A DNA stretch of 61,033 bases from an uncultured virus (IMG/VR IMGVR_UViG_3300025900_000203) (lineage: Duplodnaviria; Heunggongvirae; Uroviricota; Caudoviricetes), in IMG/VR virus record IMGVR_UViG_3300025900_000203. One strand, 5' to 3'. The notes below the pieces were generated by a model. That model was not told the DNA's origin. It saw only the letters and a program-made list of their open reading frames with translations, and ran no database searches. Shown piece by piece: positions 53,833 through 61,033 of this stretch. Position numbers and translations under genes: made by a program. Every line of letters begins with the position of its first letter. The first letter of the stretch is position 1.

Positions 53833-54246
53833 GTGGTTCGCGCGCTGTCGTCTTCGATCACGATCCCTTTCCGGCATCTGATCCTGCATCACCACGAGAT
53901 CGGCCTTCACCGTGGTCGTCGATGGGGCTTTCGTGAAGTCTTTGGGCTCAGCAGCCTGAAAAACATGCCCTTCATCCGGCTTGCAATGCTGGTGAAGCAA
54001 GCGTATGAGGGCCGGCCTCCAGCGCATGAAGGTTGGCCCGCACAGCGGGAAGCGCTTCAGTGGATCGTCGACAAAGGGCGGGACGGCATTTACGCGCTCG
54101 ATCCGCGCCAGAACATCCGCGTTCGACGGAACATCGGCGTTGGGTACTTCATCGACGATGGCCATCATCGAGCGCTAGCGCTCTACATCCTCGGAGAGGC
54201 TTCCATTCGAGCGACTCTCACGCAACTCAAGACGCGACAGGCCTAG
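53833..54246 (+). CDS. ParB/sulfiredoxin-like domain protein
   Basis: YFIDDGHHRALA. Confidence 0.55.
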   Translation: MVRALSSSITIPFRHLILHHHEIGLHRGRRWGFREVFGLSSLKNMPFIRLAMLVKQAYEGRPPAHEGWPAQREALQWIVDKGRDGIYALDPRQNIRVRRNIGVGYFIDDGHHRALALYILGEASIRATLTQLKTRQA

Positions 54247-54362
54247 CGACGGACATCGAACACGATCGTGATCCGTGGCAGATCCCAGGGTAGATCTCGG
54301 CAAGCTCAGCGACGGACATCGAACACGATCGTGATCCGCGGCAGATCTCCAGGGTAGATCTC
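54245..54362. repeat. ~55-bp direct repeat (duplicated gene 3' end)
   Basis: agcgacggacatcgaacacgatcgtgatccg(t/c)ggcagatc..cagggtagatctc at 54245 and 54308. Confidence 0.9.
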
Positions 54363-54854
54363 CAAGCGATGCCACGTCTCACCACGACAGAGCACGAGCC
54401 GTCCTGGTTCCGGATCGATCGCTAGCTCGTGTTTCGTGGGCCTCCCATCACAGGGACATTCGCAGATCGTCGGGATCCGTGGATCGCCGCTCGTCACATA
54501 GAAGACCCCGAACAAGTACGCGATGCGGTGCTGATGTCGCGGGTGCTGGCTTCCTGCACGGTTCACCATCGCCCATGCCACCGGCGCGCGATGCCCGATC
54601 ATGTCGACAATCGTTCGACGAAGATCTTGCACCGGCGCGTCGGGCCAGGCGAAGACATCTTCGCTCGATTTCCAACCTCCGACGTTGAGTGAACCGACCC
54701 GCTTGCCTCGATCATGCTTCATTCGATCGAGAATCACTTCAGTGAGCGCCGGACATAGCTCGGGGCGCACGCCATCATATACGAGCGGCTGTTCACGAGC
54801 CTGTGCCGTGAGTCGCGACAGCGGATTATCGGAGCTACGTGTCGGAGCAACCAT
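54306..54854 (-). CDS. 2OG-Fe(II) oxygenase (TIGR02466-like)
   Basis: SLNVGGWKS, AWAMVNRAGSQHPRHQH..GVFYV, PEPGRLVL..WH..RITIVFDV; TAGAAT-N6-ATG. Confidence 0.8.
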   Translation of the reverse strand: MVAPTRSSDNPLSRLTAQAREQPLVYDGVRPELCPALTEVILDRMKHDRGKRVGSLNVGGWKSSEDVFAWPDAPVQDLRRTIVDMIGHRAPVAWAMVNRAGSQHPRHQHRIAYLFGVFYVTSGDPRIPTICECPCDGRPTKHELAIDPEPGRLVLCRGETWHRLEIYPGDLPRITIVFDVRR

Positions 54855-55114
54855 GCCGAAATTCTACTACGAACCTTGCAGCGGTGTGTGCGCTCCCTAG
54901 TCGCAGGGTCGATCACTTACGAGCGAAGCTGCGGCCAACAGCTCGTCTCCACGCCGCACGAAACGAATCGCTGCATTTTCTAGATCGAGCAACGCACCGT
55001 TCTGCGAGAGATATCCACCGCCCCTGCTGCCGGAAGCATCCGCGAGGATCATCGCACAAAGATGGATGGCAGCCCTCCGCAGCGCTTCACGCTCCTCGTT
55101 GAGAGCCTCGTATG

Positions 55115-55215
55115 GAATGCTTGGAGAAGCGGTGTCGACGACGATCGGCATGCATGGAAGATGAATGCTTGGAGAGGCGATGTCGATGAGGATCGGCACG
55201 CTTGGAGAGGGCGAT
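55115..55215. repeat. Degenerate direct repeat (2.5 copies)
   Basis: gaatgcttggaga..g.tgtcga.ga.gatcggca.gc at 55115 and 55163, partial copy at 55200. Confidence 0.75.
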
Positions 55216-55289
55216 CAGCCTGCATGGAACTAGTGCAGATCTGCCTGGCTTGACGGTTGTAGAGCCGTCACATAGCGTCGATCGTTAGC

Positions 55290-56854
55290 ATGCTGCTCAC
55301 TCGTAAGGCCGTCGACTCCGTCGACATCGAAAAACTGCGCGACGTTGTCGGTGCCAGCGACTGGTTCTACCAATCGCCAGGCAAGGAACCGCATCGGCTC
55401 CTTGCCTACCTCTCGACGCTCTTCGACGGGAAAACGATCTTCGACATTGGAACCCATCTCGGTGACAGCGCGCTCGCGCTTTCGTACAACGTAACGAACC
55501 GCGTCGAATCGTTCGACATCATCGACAAAGTGAGCGCAAAGCGCAGAGAGCGAAACAACGTTGGCTGGCATATCGGAGATCTGTTCGATCCGGCGTATCG
55601 AAATCCGTGGGCAGCGAAGCTACTCGAGAGCCCGCTCATCTACATCGACGTCGACCCGCACCACGGGATTCAAGAGTTCGAGCTGGTGCAATGGCTCCGC
55701 GAGCACCACTACAAAGGCTTCATCGTCCTCGACGACATCTGGTACTTCAAGCCGATGCGGAACAATCTCTGGTACCGCATCGAAGGCGCGTGCAAAGCAG
55801 ACGCAACATCGATCGGTCACTGGAGCGGCACCGGAATTGTGTCTTTCACGGAGACGATCGAGATCGAAGGTCTCGTGGATACGAGCAACTGGACGCTCGT
55901 CACAGGATATTTCGATCTCACTGTGATGCCAGACGCGAACCCCGCGATCAAAGCGCGTCCTCCGAGCCTCTATCTCGATGAGCATGCCGCTTCGACGCTT
56001 ACGCTTGAGCAGAACCTCATGGTGTTCTGCGAGCCGAAGTTCGCCGACAAGATCCTCGCAATCCGTCCCAAGCATCTGCACGAGCGCACGAAGATCGTGC
56101 AGATGTCCTTCGAGGACTTCCCGCTGACGAAGTACCGCGATCAGATCATCCAGAACCGCGGAGGCTCCAGTGGCTGTCCCTCGGATCCCCGTAACACGGC
56201 AAGCTACTACCTGTTCTGCATGTCCCGGTTCGCGATGCTGCAGCAATCGATCCAGGAGAATCCATTCGGCTCCTCTCACTTCGCTTGGGTGAACATCTGC
56301 ATCGAGCGGATGGGCTACAAGAACTTGGTCCATCTCCACGAAGCACTCTCCGTCCAGCGCGAGAAGTTCTCGACGTGCTGGATCGAGTACGTGTCGAAAG
56401 AGACCACGCAGAGCCTTGCCGCGAACTTCGGATCGCGTTGTGTCGGCCGCACCTCTATGTGCAGCGGATTTTTCACAGGCTCCGCGCCGTACATGCAAGA
56501 GGTCTGCAAGCGTATCGAAGCGCAGTTTCTCCAGTGCCTCAAGGCGGGCTACGGACACGCGGACGAGCAACTCATGTACCTCGCCTACTGGGACAACCCC
56601 GAGCTCTTCGACTGGTACATCGGCGACTATCAAGAGATGGTCACAAACTACGCGGGCGTATACGACCGCCCAGAGCGGCCGCTCCATCACCTGATCCGAA
56701 ACAGCTACAACGCAGGGGACTATCGCATCTGTGCCCAAGCGATCGAGCAACTCACGACCTCGATCGATGCGGGTAAGTGCACGCTAGGTCCCGACGATGT
56801 GAGGCTTCTCAACGTCGCGAAGAGGAATCTCGAAGCGAAGATGACGAGCGTCTA

Positions 56855-56855
<1 letters not shown>
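55290..56855 (+). CDS. Methyltransferase fused to an HtrL/WlaTC-like glycosyltransferase domain
   Basis: N-terminal IFDIGTHLGDSA..IYIDVDPH..GFIVLDDI; C-terminal TLVTGYFDL..NPFGSSHFAW..SGFFTG..DEQLM. Confidence 0.75.

Positions 56856-61033
<4,178 letters not shown>

Noticed and set aside
54245..54362. Diversity-generating retroelement TR/VR pair
   Set aside because: No reverse transcriptase in the window, the repeat is short, and the differences are not adenine-specific.

Overview
A gene-dense, GC-rich segment that looks like part of a large (jumbo-type) bacteriophage genome or a related element. This is inferred from long runs of short hypothetical ORFs with ATGA/GTGA overlaps, host-derived translation and transcription genes, and collagen or glycine-rich fibre genes. 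No terminase, portal or HK97 capsid gene is recognisable in the window, and the host is unknown. Recognisable genes include groES, infC, a sigma-70 factor, a radA-like ATPase, Ro60/TROVE, a Pth2-like peptidyl-tRNA hydrolase, an HD (SpoT-hydrolase-like) protein, a MazG-like protein, a stand-alone HisRS-type anticodon-binding domain, FHA, a dual-specificity phosphatase, BtpA, an SLT-like protein, two 2OG-Fe(II) oxygenases, methyltransferases and glycosyltransferases. The most notable signals are: (1) a four-tRNA operon (Gln, Lys, Pro, Thr; all U34) preceded by an unannotated leaderless leader peptide containing QPQPTTK and mutually exclusive antiterminator/terminator hairpins, i.e. an apparent attenuator sensing the tRNAs it controls; (2) the Pth2-like gene followed by a CCA-ended minihelix and four tRNA-like RNAs whose anticodon arms are all aberrant; (3) Ro60 followed by three tandem Y RNAs, one YrlA-type that still carries a Thr anticodon arm; (4) six scattered proteins sharing a KSxAQLDxEI motif, four of them with [SA]H[AS][TSRA] sites at module boundaries; (5) five collagen-like genes sharing an N-terminal C-x-ERGxRGxRGH leader and an identical leaderless promoter geometry; (6) repeated duplications of gene 3' ends. 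All family calls are motif recognition by eye, not database searches.
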